Shown: positions 10,075 through 18,975 of the stretch, piece after piece | Position numbering within the stretch: position 1 is the stretch's first letter | Layout: each line of letters opens with the position of its first letter | Assembly: GCA_013626165.1 (NCBI GenBank) | Contig: NDHX01000001.1 | Span: 36,817 to 100,816, forward strand | Direction: 5' to 3' | Source of the DNA: Candidatus Velesiimonas alkalicola | GTDB taxonomy: Bacteria > Omnitrophota > Gorgyraeia > Velesiimonadales > Velesiimonadaceae | DNA length: 64,000 bases | Position numbers and translations under genes: made by a program | The notes under the pieces: generated by a model | What the model was told of the DNA's origin: nothing | What the model saw: only the letters and a program-made list of their open reading frames with translations | Databases searched by the model: none

Positions 10075-12093
10075 ATGGCAGAAAATAGCGTGATATCCAT
10101 CGTTGGTCACTTCGGGGTTGGAAAGACAAGTCTTTCGGAACAGATTCTTTTTGCCTCAGGAGCAATACAAAAATGCGGTTCTGTGGGTCAAGGCAATACT
10201 GTTAGTGATACAGACCCTGAGGAAATATCAAGAAAAATATCAATAAATGCAAGTGTTCTTCATTGCCAGTATAATAACAGAAGGCTTTATTTTATAGATA
10301 CACCAGGTTTTACTGATTTTATAGGTGAAACCATATCAGGTTTATCTGTAAGCACCGGTTCTATTATTGTGGTATGCGGCGTGAACGGTCCCGAGGCAGG
10401 AACAGAAAAGGTGTGGGGTCTATGCGACCAGAAGAACATCCCGAGGATTATATGTATAAATAAGTTTGATAAAGAAAATTCGGATTTTGTAAAAACAGTC
10501 AGCGCTATTCAGGAGATGTTGGGCAAAAAATGTGTTCCAATTCAAGTGCCGGAGGGCAAGGAGGCAAATTTTAAATCAGTGTTAGACCTTGTTTCTGATG
10601 TAACTGATAAGAAAAATGTCCAAAAATTGAAAGACCAACTTGTTGAAGCAGTTGCTGAAAGTGATGATACACTTGTTGAAAAATATCTTTCCGAAGGAGC
10701 GCTAACAGAAGATGAGTTAAAAAAAGGGCTCCGGGATGCTGTAAAAAAGGCAATTTTATTTCCTATACTCTGCGTTTCTTCTGAGAAACAGGTAGGAGTC
10801 CAAGAATTGTTGAACGCGGTTTCAGACCTTTTGCCTGTTACAGGTCAGACGCAAGAAGTGTTGGGTAAAAATCCGATAAATCAAAACGATGAAAAACGTT
10901 CTCCTTCGGAAGACCAACCCTTCTGTGCCCAGGTTTTTAAAACAATCTCGGACCCATATATCGGTCAGTTAAGTATAATGAGGGTGTATTCGGGGAAAAT
11001 TGAAGCAAACAGCAGTTTTTTTAATTCAACAAAAAGTATGAAAGAAAAGTTTGGTGCGCTATACCTGCTTCAAGGCAGACAACAGATTGACACAGTCAAT
11101 GCTGTATCAGGTGATATTATTGCAGTTGCTAAACTAAAAGATACAGCAACGGGCGATACACTTTGTGATGAAAAATCGCCTATAGTACTTCCGCAAGTTC
11201 TATATCCTGAGCCTATAGTATCTTTATCCATTCAGCCCAAGACAAGGGCGGATGAAGAAAAAATATCTATTTCTCTGGCAAAAGTTGCGTTAGAAAATCC
11301 GACAGTTCGCGTTGTAAGAGATTCTCAAACAAAAGAACTTCTTTTAAGCGGTCTCGGGGATTTGCAGATTGAAATAATTATAAATAAATTGAAAAGACAA
11401 CATGGTGTTGAGGTTATTGCAGGCATACCCAAGGTGGGATATAAAGAAACAATAACCGCAAAAGCAGATGCGCATTATAAACATAAAAAACAAAGCGGAG
11501 GCGCCGGTCAGTTTGGAGAAATTTGGTTAAGAGTAGAACCACTATCCAGAGGAAGTGGTTTTGAATTTGCAGAAGAGATATTTGGAGGTGCAATCTCGGC
11601 ACAATTTATTGCAAGTTGTGAGAAAGGGATAAGGAGCGTACTTGATAAGGGAGTAATTGCAGGATACCCGGTGGTTGATGTAAAAGCGGCTGTATACGAT
11701 GGTAAGATGCACCCTGTTGATTCAAAAGATATTGCATTTCAGATTGCGGCCCGTCAAGCGTTTAAGGAGGCATTCAGAAGCGCCAAACCGGTACTTCTTG
11801 AACCTATTATGGAAATGGAGATATCTGTTCCGGGTGATTGTATGGGTGCGGTTACGGGTGATATAAGTGGAAGAAGAGGCAGAATCCTTGGCGTTGATGT
11901 AAAAGGCAATCTCCAGATAGTTAAGGTAGCAGTGCCTCTTGCAGAGGTTTTAAGATATGCAAGTGAACTTCGTTCAATGACACAGGGCAGAGGTTCATAT
12001 GCAATGAAGGTCAGTCACTATGAAGAAGTTCCGCAAAGAATTACACAGTCTATTATTGAAAAATTGTCCAGGGTCAAGGAAAAGGAGGAGTAG
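10075..12093 (+). CDS. fusA: Elongation factor G-like protein (EF-G2 type)
   Basis: GHFGVGKTS P-loop, DTPG, NKFD, KQSGGAGQFG, HPVDS, LRSMTQGRG; divergent G1 indicates a second EF-G paralogue. Confidence 0.88.
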   Translation: MAENSVISIVGHFGVGKTSLSEQILFASGAIQKCGSVGQGNTVSDTDPEEISRKISINASVLHCQYNNRRLYFIDTPGFTDFIGETISGLSVSTGSIIVVCGVNGPEAGTEKVWGLCDQKNIPRIICINKFDKENSDFVKTVSAIQEMLGKKCVPIQVPEGKEANFKSVLDLVSDVTDKKNVQKLKDQLVEAVAESDDTLVEKYLSEGALTEDELKKGLRDAVKKAILFPILCVSSEKQVGVQELLNAVSDLLPVTGQTQEVLGKNPINQNDEKRSPSEDQPFCAQVFKTISDPYIGQLSIMRVYSGKIEANSSFFNSTKSMKEKFGALYLLQGRQQIDTVNAVSGDIIAVAKLKDTATGDTLCDEKSPIVLPQVLYPEPIVSLSIQPKTRADEEKISISLAKVALENPTVRVVRDSQTKELLLSGLGDLQIEIIINKLKRQHGVEVIAGIPKVGYKETITAKADAHYKHKKQSGGAGQFGEIWLRVEPLSRGSGFEFAEEIFGGAISAQFIASCEKGIRSVLDKGVIAGYPVVDVKAAVYDGKMHPVDSKDIAFQIAARQAFKEAFRSAKPVLLEPIMEMEISVPGDCMGAVTGDISGRRGRILGVDVKGNLQIVKVAVPLAEVLRYASELRSMTQGRGSYAMKVSHYEEVPQRITQSIIEKLSRVKEKEE

Positions 12094-12095
12094 AT

Positions 12096-12857
12096 ATGTC
12101 CGGTCATTCAAAATGGGCTACAACAAAACATAAGAAGGCAGCAGTAGATGCAAAGAGGGGACAGATTTTTACAAAAGTTATAAAAGAGATAACAACAGCG
12201 GCCCATCAGGGAGGCGGGAACCCTGATGCAAATTCCAGATTAAGAACTGCTATTGATAGGGCACGTGCTGCAAATATGCCAAAAGATAACATTGAGAATG
12301 CAATTAAAAAAGGGACGGGTGAACTGCCCGGTGTTACATATGAAGAAATAATATATGAATGTTTTGGTCCTCAGGGTATAGCAATTATGATAGAAGCACT
12401 TACAGACAATAAAAACCGTTCAACAGCAGAGATAAGAACTATTCTTTCAAGAAGGGGCGGCCATATTGGTTCTCAGGGTTCCGTAAGCAGATTATTTCAT
12501 AAAAAAGGATTTTTTCTTATAGACTCAAGGGTTGCAACCGAAGAACAGATAATGTCCGTTGTTCTTGAAGCAGGAGCAGAGGATTTGACAAAAGAAGATG
12601 GAGATATCTTTCAGGTAACCTGCGCCATTTTAGATTTTGAAAATGTGAAAAAGGCATTACAATCTGCAAACATCCCTGTGCTTTCTGCTGAAATAACAAT
12701 GCTTCCTGTCGCAACCGTAAGGATAGAGGATAAGAATACAGCCTCTTGTGTTCTTGGACTTATGGATGCACTTGAAGCCCATGAAGATGTTCAAGAAACA
12801 TATGCAAATTTTGATATCCCTGACAGTCTTATAAAAGAAATAACAGGAGAAAGATAA
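12096..12857 (+). CDS. yebC: YebC/PmpR family protein
   Basis: MSGHSKW start, TDNKNRS, upstream of ruvC. Confidence 0.95.
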   Translation: MSGHSKWATTKHKKAAVDAKRGQIFTKVIKEITTAAHQGGGNPDANSRLRTAIDRARAANMPKDNIENAIKKGTGELPGVTYEEIIYECFGPQGIAIMIEALTDNKNRSTAEIRTILSRRGGHIGSQGSVSRLFHKKGFFLIDSRVATEEQIMSVVLEAGAEDLTKEDGDIFQVTCAILDFENVKKALQSANIPVLSAEITMLPVATVRIEDKNTASCVLGLMDALEAHEDVQETYANFDIPDSLIKEITGER

Positions 12858-12860
12858 CAG

Positions 12861-13334
12861 ATGCGTATTGCAGGTATTGACCCGGGCCTCTGTATAACAG
12901 GATATGGTATAGTTGAAAAAAAAGCCCATCAGCTACATCTTATTGATGCGGGGACTATACGAAATCCTGTTAGTTTCCCTCTTGAAAAAAGATTAAAAAG
13001 ATTGTTTGAGAATGTAGATATCTTATTTAAAGACCATAAGCCTGATGTTGTAGTAGTAGAAGAAATTTATTCTAACTATAAATATCCCTATACAGCGGTT
13101 CTTATGGGACATGCAAGAGGAATTATATATCTTGCATCAGCAGTCAATAGCATACCTGTGCACAGTTTTAAACCCACACATGTAAAAAAAGCAGCCACAG
13201 GCAACGGTCACGCATCAAAAGAACAGATAGCAGGTGCTATATGTTCAATATTCGGTATAAAGAGGTTTAAAGGATTTTTTGATGTTACAGATGCACTGGC
13301 ACTTACGGTTGCATATGAGCATCGGGTTCGGTAA
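12861..13334 (+). CDS. ruvC: Holliday junction resolvase RuvC
   Basis: GIDPG, VKKAATGNGHASKEQI, DxTDALA. Confidence 0.95.
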   Translation: MRIAGIDPGLCITGYGIVEKKAHQLHLIDAGTIRNPVSFPLEKRLKRLFENVDILFKDHKPDVVVVEEIYSNYKYPYTAVLMGHARGIIYLASAVNSIPVHSFKPTHVKKAATGNGHASKEQIAGAICSIFGIKRFKGFFDVTDALALTVAYEHRVR

Positions 13335-13433
13335 ATAGTAGGTAGAAGGTGGTAAGTAGTAGGTAGGAGGTAGGAGGTAGGAGGTAGTAGGAAATAAAAT
13401 CCCTATCTACAGTCTACTATCTACTACCTAATA
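13335..13433. repeat. Heptamer-repeat hairpin element (TAGKAGG x8 / CTACTA arm), copy 1
   Basis: Eight heptamers at 13336-13391, complementary arm at 13401-13433. Confidence 0.85.
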
Positions 13434-13469
13434 CGATATACGGACAATGGAATTTAGGAGGATAATGGA

Positions 13470-14186
13470 ATGTATATATTTTTAATCTTTCTATTCTTGG
13501 TATTTGTGATATTCCCGTTTTTTTTCTTTTTTTATATTGCTATATTTTTAAAAGATGATATACAGGCTTGTTTTGAAAGAGACCCTGCCGCAATAAGTTT
13601 TTATGAGGTTTTGCTTACATATTCAGGGCTTCATGCGGTTGCATTCCACAGGATTGCTCACAGTTTATATATAAAGAAAATTCCGTTTTTACCAAGACTG
13701 ATTTCACAGATTGCAAGACATGTTACCGGTATAGAAATACATCCACTTGCAAGTATCGGAAAGGGATTGTTTATAGACCATGGGATGGGAGTTGTAATAG
13801 GTGAAACCTCTGTTGTGGGGGATAATGTTACACTATATCAGGGAGTTACGCTTGGAGGAACAGGGAAAGAAAAGGGGAAAAGACATCCTAATATTGGCAA
13901 TAATGTTGTAATAGGAGCGGGTGCAAAAATATTAGGAAACATAACCATAGGCGATAATGCGTTGATAGGTGCAAACAGCGTGGTAATAAAAGATATAGAT
14001 GAAAATTGCACGGTTGTAGGAGTTCCTGGCAGGATAGTAAGAAAAGGTGATGAAAGAATTTCTTCGCTTTTCCTTGACCATACTGCTTTACCTGATCCTA
14101 TCGTTGAAAGACTTGAGGAATTACAGAAAGAGATTATTAAGGTAGAGAGCATGTTAAAGGAAAAAAAAGAACATACAGACCGATAA
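13470..14186 (+). CDS. cysE: Serine O-acetyltransferase
   Basis: [33 protein letters not shown]. Confidence 0.95.
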   Translation: MYIFLIFLFLVFVIFPFFFFFYIAIFLKDDIQACFERDPAAISFYEVLLTYSGLHAVAFHRIAHSLYIKKIPFLPRLISQIARHVTGIEIHPLASIGKGLFIDHGMGVVIGETSVVGDNVTLYQGVTLGGTGKEKGKRHPNIGNNVVIGAGAKILGNITIGDNALIGANSVVIKDIDENCTVVGVPGRIVRKGDERISSLFLDHTALPDPIVERLEELQKEIIKVESMLKEKKEHTDR

Positions 14187-14250
14187 GGTTAAAAAACTCT
14201 TAGATTGTAGATGTTATTAGCAAAATGAATTTGAGCAGTCTAATTTTACT

Positions 14251-14430
14251 ATAATCCCCGATGTCAAATAACAAATGTCAAATCAATCCTGTTAGAGAAC
14301 TTAATATCTATAAACACTTTTGGCATTAAGTAGATCTCTGACAGGGTTCAGGGTCAAATGCTTAAATGTCAAGGGTTTTAGTCATTTGAGATTTGTCATT
14401 TGTCATTTGAGCTTTGGAATTTGGATTTAT
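14251..14430. repeat. CAAAT/ATTTG-type heptamer hairpin with nested GTTAGA element (14287-14347)
   Basis: GTCAAAT-like left arm, GTCATTT/GAGATTT right arm; inner TCCTGTTAGAGA...TCTCTGACAGGGT. Confidence 0.75.
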
Positions 14431-14590
14431 GTAAAAACTCAAAAAGAAAACCAAGTACTCATTTTCATCTTGCATACGACCTGCTGCATAGTAGAGGATA
14501 CAATGTTCTTTTTCAAGATAACTATGTAGAAAATGGTGTGCTTAATTATTGCAGGTAATCGGAAAAGAAATTCCACAGGAGGGGGGTAAG

Positions 14591-14728
14591 ATGAGTAAGT
14601 GCCCAAATCAGGAAAGAAATAAAAAGAACTGTCCGTGCACATATGAACCCTGTGACAGGAAAGGGATTTGCTGTGAGTGTCTCGCATATCATAGAAAATT
14701 AGGACAGAAACCTGCGTGTATGAAGTAA
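14591..14728 (+). CDS. 45-aa cysteine-rich protein (DUF6485-like), absent from the ORF track
   Basis: [45 protein letters not shown]; strong RBS GGAGGGGGG. Confidence 0.8.
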   Translation: MSKCPNQERNKKNCPCTYEPCDRKGICCECLAYHRKLGQKPACMK

Positions 14729-14865
14729 AAAATAAGGAGGTTCTGGAGTGTCAGTTTGTAACCACATCTTGAGTCCAGAACATATAATTTATACACTATA
14801 TTGACAAAATGTTTATGGCTTGATAGGGTAATAGCTAATATCTGTGCATAAAAAAGGAGGAGAAG

Positions 14866-15498
14866 ATGGCAGATCTAAATGCGATTAAGGAAAGCCTTAT
14901 CGCGGGAAAGGCAATGGAAGTAAGGACCCTTGTCCAGAAAGCACTGGATGAGAAGGTGCATCCTCAGAATATCCTTAACGAAGGACTTATTGCTGGGATG
15001 GATGTGGTAGGGGTAAAGTTCAAGAATAATGAGTTTTATATCCCTGAGGTTCTTATTGCTGCACGCGCTATGAATGCAGGGTTAGTTCCATTAGAACCGG
15101 CGTTAAAAAAGGCTGGTGTCCAACCACTGGGAGAAGTTGCAATAGGAACTGTAAAAGGAGACCTGCATGACATTGGAAAAAATCTTGTTGTTATGATGTG
15201 GAAGGGTGCCGGTTTTCAGGTTAATGACCTTGGTATAGATTGTCCACCTGAAAAGTTTATAGAAGCGGCAAAAAAGGGTTCACAGTTAATTGGAATGTCA
15301 GCTCTTCTTACAACAACAATGCCGGCAATGAAGACAGTAGTGGATGCACTAAACAGTGCCGGTTTAAAGGGTAAGGTAAAGACATTAATCGGTGGCGCAC
15401 CTATAACACAAAATTATGCAGATGAAATAGGTGCAGACGGATATGCACCAGATGCAGCCTCAGCAGCCGATAAAGCAAAAGAGTTACTTGGAATATAG
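14866..15498 (+). CDS. Corrinoid (B12-binding) protein of methyltransferase systems
   Basis: Cap domain plus GDLHDIGKN, SALLTTT, IGGAP, IGADGY. Confidence 0.93.
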   Translation: MADLNAIKESLIAGKAMEVRTLVQKALDEKVHPQNILNEGLIAGMDVVGVKFKNNEFYIPEVLIAARAMNAGLVPLEPALKKAGVQPLGEVAIGTVKGDLHDIGKNLVVMMWKGAGFQVNDLGIDCPPEKFIEAAKKGSQLIGMSALLTTTMPAMKTVVDALNSAGLKGKVKTLIGGAPITQNYADEIGADGYAPDAASAADKAKELLGI

Positions 15499-15548
15499 GG
15501 TAAAAGATTTAAAAAATTAAACGACCCGCTATTGTGGGTACCCCGAAG

Positions 15549-15700
15549 TCAAATTCCAAGCGCCACACCCAGAGGGTGTCCAAAATCCCAAAACCCTCAA
15601 TTCCGAAGTTTGTAATTTAAGATTTGAAAATTGAGTATTGTTTGGTTATTGTAATTTAGTTATTGTTTGGTGTTTCAGGCACCTTCTGGGTGTGGGATTT
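15549..15700. repeat. Heptamer-type long hairpin with inverted CCACACCCAGARGGTGYC sub-repeats
   Basis: 15563-15580 and 15678-15695 are near reverse complements; CAAA-rich and TTTG-rich arms. Confidence 0.65.
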
Positions 15701-15759
15701 GTTCTAATTTTATGACACCTGATACATTATTTGTAATGATATTTGATTTTTGATATTTT

Positions 15760-15812
15760 AAAAAGGGGCTGGGCTTTTATAGAATAGACTCTTTCAGACT
15801 CGGTCCCTTTTT
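15760..15812. terminator. Possible bidirectional terminator
   Basis: AAAAAGGGGCTGGG...CTCGGTCCCTTTTT. Confidence 0.4.
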
Positions 15813-15829
15813 CATTTGATGGTAAATAT

Positions 15830-16675
15830 ATGGCTTTATTTGGAAAACCTAAATACACAATAGTAAGGCTAAGAAAAAAAGAAATTCCAAAAGGACTTTG
15901 GACAAAATGTCAGAACTGTCAGGGTATGATTTACAATAAAGACCTTGAGGATAATCTTATGGTATGTCCGAAGTGTAATTATCACTACACAATTGGGGCA
16001 AGAGAAAGAATAAGATACACTGCAGATGATGGGACATTTCTTGAGCAGGATACAGACATGGAGTCAAAGGACCCCCTTGATTTTAAGGGTCCAAAAACAT
16101 ATCAGGAAAAATTAAAAGCAGATCAGACTCTTACAGGTCTTAAAGAGGCTGCAATATGGGGATTATGCAAAATAGAAAATACCGAAACTGTTCTTGCTGT
16201 TACAGACTCCCGTTTTATTATGGGCTCTATGGGTTCTGTTGTTGGGGAGAAGATTACAAGGGCAGTTGAAAAAGGTATAGATAAAAGGCTTTCTGTTGTT
16301 ATAATCTCTGGCTCAGGAGGAGGTGCCCGCATGCATGAGGGAATGTTTTCCTTAATGCAAATGGCAAAAACAAGCACTGCAATTGCGAAACATAGCGAGG
16401 CAGGGCTTTTTTTTATTTCTGTTCTTACAAACCCGACAATGGCAGGGGTTCTTGCAAGTTTCGCATCACTCGGTGATATAATAATTGCAGAGCCAAAAGC
16501 ACTTATAGGTTTTACAGGACCAAGGGTTATTGAACAAACCATACACCAGATTCTTCCTGAGGGTTTTCAAAGGTCAGAATTTCTTCTTGAGCACGGACTT
16601 ATTGATATGATAGCAGAAAGAAAAGACTTAAAGCACACAATAGGAAGAATACTTAAATATCAAACACTAACATAG
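15830..16675 (+). CDS. accD: Acetyl-CoA carboxylase carboxyltransferase beta subunit
   Basis: GLWTKCxxC..VCPKC Zn finger, GSMGSVVGEK, GGARM, GFTGPRVIEQT. Confidence 0.96.
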   Translation: MALFGKPKYTIVRLRKKEIPKGLWTKCQNCQGMIYNKDLEDNLMVCPKCNYHYTIGARERIRYTADDGTFLEQDTDMESKDPLDFKGPKTYQEKLKADQTLTGLKEAAIWGLCKIENTETVLAVTDSRFIMGSMGSVVGEKITRAVEKGIDKRLSVVIISGSGGGARMHEGMFSLMQMAKTSTAIAKHSEAGLFFISVLTNPTMAGVLASFASLGDIIIAEPKALIGFTGPRVIEQTIHQILPEGFQRSEFLLEHGLIDMIAERKDLKHTIGRILKYQTLT

Positions 16676-16682
16676 TGCTGTG

Positions 16683-16745
16683 TCAACTAATTGAGCCCTC
16701 GGAAGAAAATAGAGGAAAAAACTCCCAGAGTGCTCAGTTAGTTAA
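16683..16745. repeat. Dispersed structured repeat, copy 1 (second copy at 50902-50947)
   Basis: Shared core TCGGAAGAAAATAGAG-A6/7-CTCCC closed by a stem. Confidence 0.7.
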
Positions 16746-16760
16746 AAATTAAGGAGAAAT

Positions 16761-17783
16761 ATGCGCATTGGTATAATGGGTATAAAAGGTTATGCAGGGG
16801 AAAAACTGTTGAGGATTTTAATAAGACATCCTGATGTCCAGGTTAGTGCGCTTTCTTCAAGGGTAGGAGAAAAAACACCCATATCAGATATATTCCCCTG
16901 GGCAAAAGGCATTTTAGATGATCTGTCCTGTGAAGATTACACCGCTGAAAGGATTTCAGAGGTTGCAGATATTGTTTTTCTTGCTCTGCCGCACAGAGCA
17001 TCTATGGATATTGCATATAAGATTCTTAAACTGGAAAAAAAGGTTATAGACCTAAGTGCGGATTTCAGGTTAAAGAATATTTCAAAATATGAAAAATATT
17101 ATGAAAAACATAAATACCCCGAACTTCTTAAAAAAGCGGTATACGGTCTTCCTGAAATTTATAGAAAGCAAATTTCAAAAGCAGATCTTGTTGCAAATCC
17201 AGGATGTTATCCTACAAGTATAATACTTGCGTTGGCTCCTATTGCGGGGGGCGAATTTTTAGACAAAAACAAATGTATAATTATTGATTCCAAAAGCGGC
17301 GTAACAGGTGCTGGAAAAAATCTGAAAGAAGAACTTCTTTTTGCACAAGCCAATGAAAACATCAAGGCATACAGTGTTAATTCTCACCAACACACACCGG
17401 AAATAGAGCAGGAACTATCTTACCTGGCAGGTTCTGATATTTCAATTGTGTTTGTCCCGCATCTTGTTCCTATGAATAGAGGAATACTTTCTACCGTTTA
17501 TGTTCCGTTAAAAAAAGATGTTGATGAATTTACACTTAAATCTTCATACAGGGATTTTTATAGAGGCGAACCCTTTGTTCGTATCAGGTCTGCCCCTGAT
17601 TATCCGGAGACATCAGATGTTTTTGATACAAACTTCTGTGATATATGTGTGGCTTTTGATAAGAGTAAAAATCTTGCAATAGTTATAAGTGTAATAGACA
17701 ATCTTTTAAAGGGAGCATCCGGGCAGGCTGTTCAGAATATGAATATTATGCTTGGGTGTAATGAAAAAGAAGGATTGCTATGA
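16761..17783 (+). CDS. argC: N-acetyl-gamma-glutamyl-phosphate reductase
   Basis: FLALPH, DLSADFR, ANPGCYPT, DNLLKGASGQA. Confidence 0.96.
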   Translation: MRIGIMGIKGYAGEKLLRILIRHPDVQVSALSSRVGEKTPISDIFPWAKGILDDLSCEDYTAERISEVADIVFLALPHRASMDIAYKILKLEKKVIDLSADFRLKNISKYEKYYEKHKYPELLKKAVYGLPEIYRKQISKADLVANPGCYPTSIILALAPIAGGEFLDKNKCIIIDSKSGVTGAGKNLKEELLFAQANENIKAYSVNSHQHTPEIEQELSYLAGSDISIVFVPHLVPMNRGILSTVYVPLKKDVDEFTLKSSYRDFYRGEPFVRIRSAPDYPETSDVFDTNFCDICVAFDKSKNLAIVISVIDNLLKGASGQAVQNMNIMLGCNEKEGLL

Positions 17784-18973
17784 AAGGGATTACAAAGCCT
17801 AAAGGTTTTTTTTCATCTGGAATATCTTCTGGCATAAAAAAGAAAGAAAAACTGGATCTTGCACTTATATATTCTGAGGTTCCCTTTTTTGTTTCGGGTG
17901 TGTTCACTAAAAATTCATTTAAAGCCGCACCGGTATTATATTGTATGGGTATTGTAAAAAAAGGGACAGCACAGGCTGTCATTATAAACAGTGGCAATGC
18001 AAACTGTGCAACTGTGGATGGCGATAAAGATGTTGTAAGAATGGCTGAATATGTTGCAGGTAGCCTTTTAATATCAAAAAAAGATGTTCTTGTATGTTCA
18101 ACAGGGGTTATAGGAAGAAAGATTCATCTGAAAAAAATTGAAAGAGCAGTTCCTGAACTTGTATCAAGTATAAGCAAAAAAGGCTCCAACGCTGCACTTG
18201 CCATCATTACAACAGATAAGGTCCCAAAAGAGGTTGAAAGGAGTTTTAAGATAGGTTCAAGGGTTATAAATATAGGTGGTATGGCAAAGGGTTCGGGTAT
18301 GATTGCTCCGGATATGGCTATGCCTTCTGCTACACTGCTTGCATTTATCACAACAGATGTAAATATAGGTTTAAGTGCCTTAAGAAAAGCAACCCAGTAT
18401 GCTGTGGATTGTTCTTTTAACAGGATAAGTGTAGATGGCAGTATGAGCACCAATGATACTGTTCTTGTTATGGCGAATGGTCTGGCTGGCAACAAAAGGA
18501 TGGACGAAGGTAAAGATTTTGAAACTTTCAAAAGGGAACTTACCCTTGCTATGCAAGAACTTTCTAAAAAGATTGTTAAAGACGGGGAAGGTGCCACAAA
18601 GATTATTAAGATATGGGTAAAGGGTGCCTATTCAGAAAAAGATGCTTATCTTGTTGCAAAAAATGTTGCAAACTCAAACCTTGTAAAAACCGCAGTATAT
18701 GGTTCTGACCCAAACTGGGGAAGAATTATATCTGCTGTTGGCTCAAGCACATCAAAGGTTGACCCTAAAAGGTTAAGTCTATGGATAGACAAAATACAGG
18801 TGTTTAAAGACGGTGCGCCTGCAAATTTTAAGATAACAGATGTAAGAAAAGAGTTTAAGAAAAAAAATATAAGTGTGTATATAGACTTGGGGATTGGGAA
18901 TTATTCGGACTTTTTCTGGACCTGTGACCTTACAGAAGAATATATAAGAATAAACTCATCCTATACAACCTGA
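17780..18973 (+). CDS. argJ: Ornithine acetyltransferase
   Basis: NSGNANC, STGVIG, AKGSGMI, STNDT, DGEGATK, DPNWGR. Confidence 0.96.
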   Translation: MKGITKPKGFFSSGISSGIKKKEKLDLALIYSEVPFFVSGVFTKNSFKAAPVLYCMGIVKKGTAQAVIINSGNANCATVDGDKDVVRMAEYVAGSLLISKKDVLVCSTGVIGRKIHLKKIERAVPELVSSISKKGSNAALAIITTDKVPKEVERSFKIGSRVINIGGMAKGSGMIAPDMAMPSATLLAFITTDVNIGLSALRKATQYAVDCSFNRISVDGSMSTNDTVLVMANGLAGNKRMDEGKDFETFKRELTLAMQELSKKIVKDGEGATKIIKIWVKGAYSEKDAYLVAKNVANSNLVKTAVYGSDPNWGRIISAVGSSTSKVDPKRLSLWIDKIQVFKDGAPANFKITDVRKEFKKKNISVYIDLGIGNYSDFFWTCDLTEEYIRINSSYTT

Positions 18974-18975
18974 AT

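Noticed and set aside
14287-14347. GTTAGA/TCTAAC element arms as integron core sites
   Set aside because: They resemble GTTRRRY/RYYYAAC but are in the opposite order to attC and lack inner L boxes; similarity may be coincidental
14320-14687. ORFs 14320-14529(+) and 14439-14687(-)
   Set aside because: Translation of repeat DNA and antisense shadow of the Cys-rich microprotein
14530-14860. Cobalamin riboswitch upstream of the corrinoid protein
   Set aside because: No B12-box or GGGAA/GCCACTG core seen; the region is explained by a small ORF
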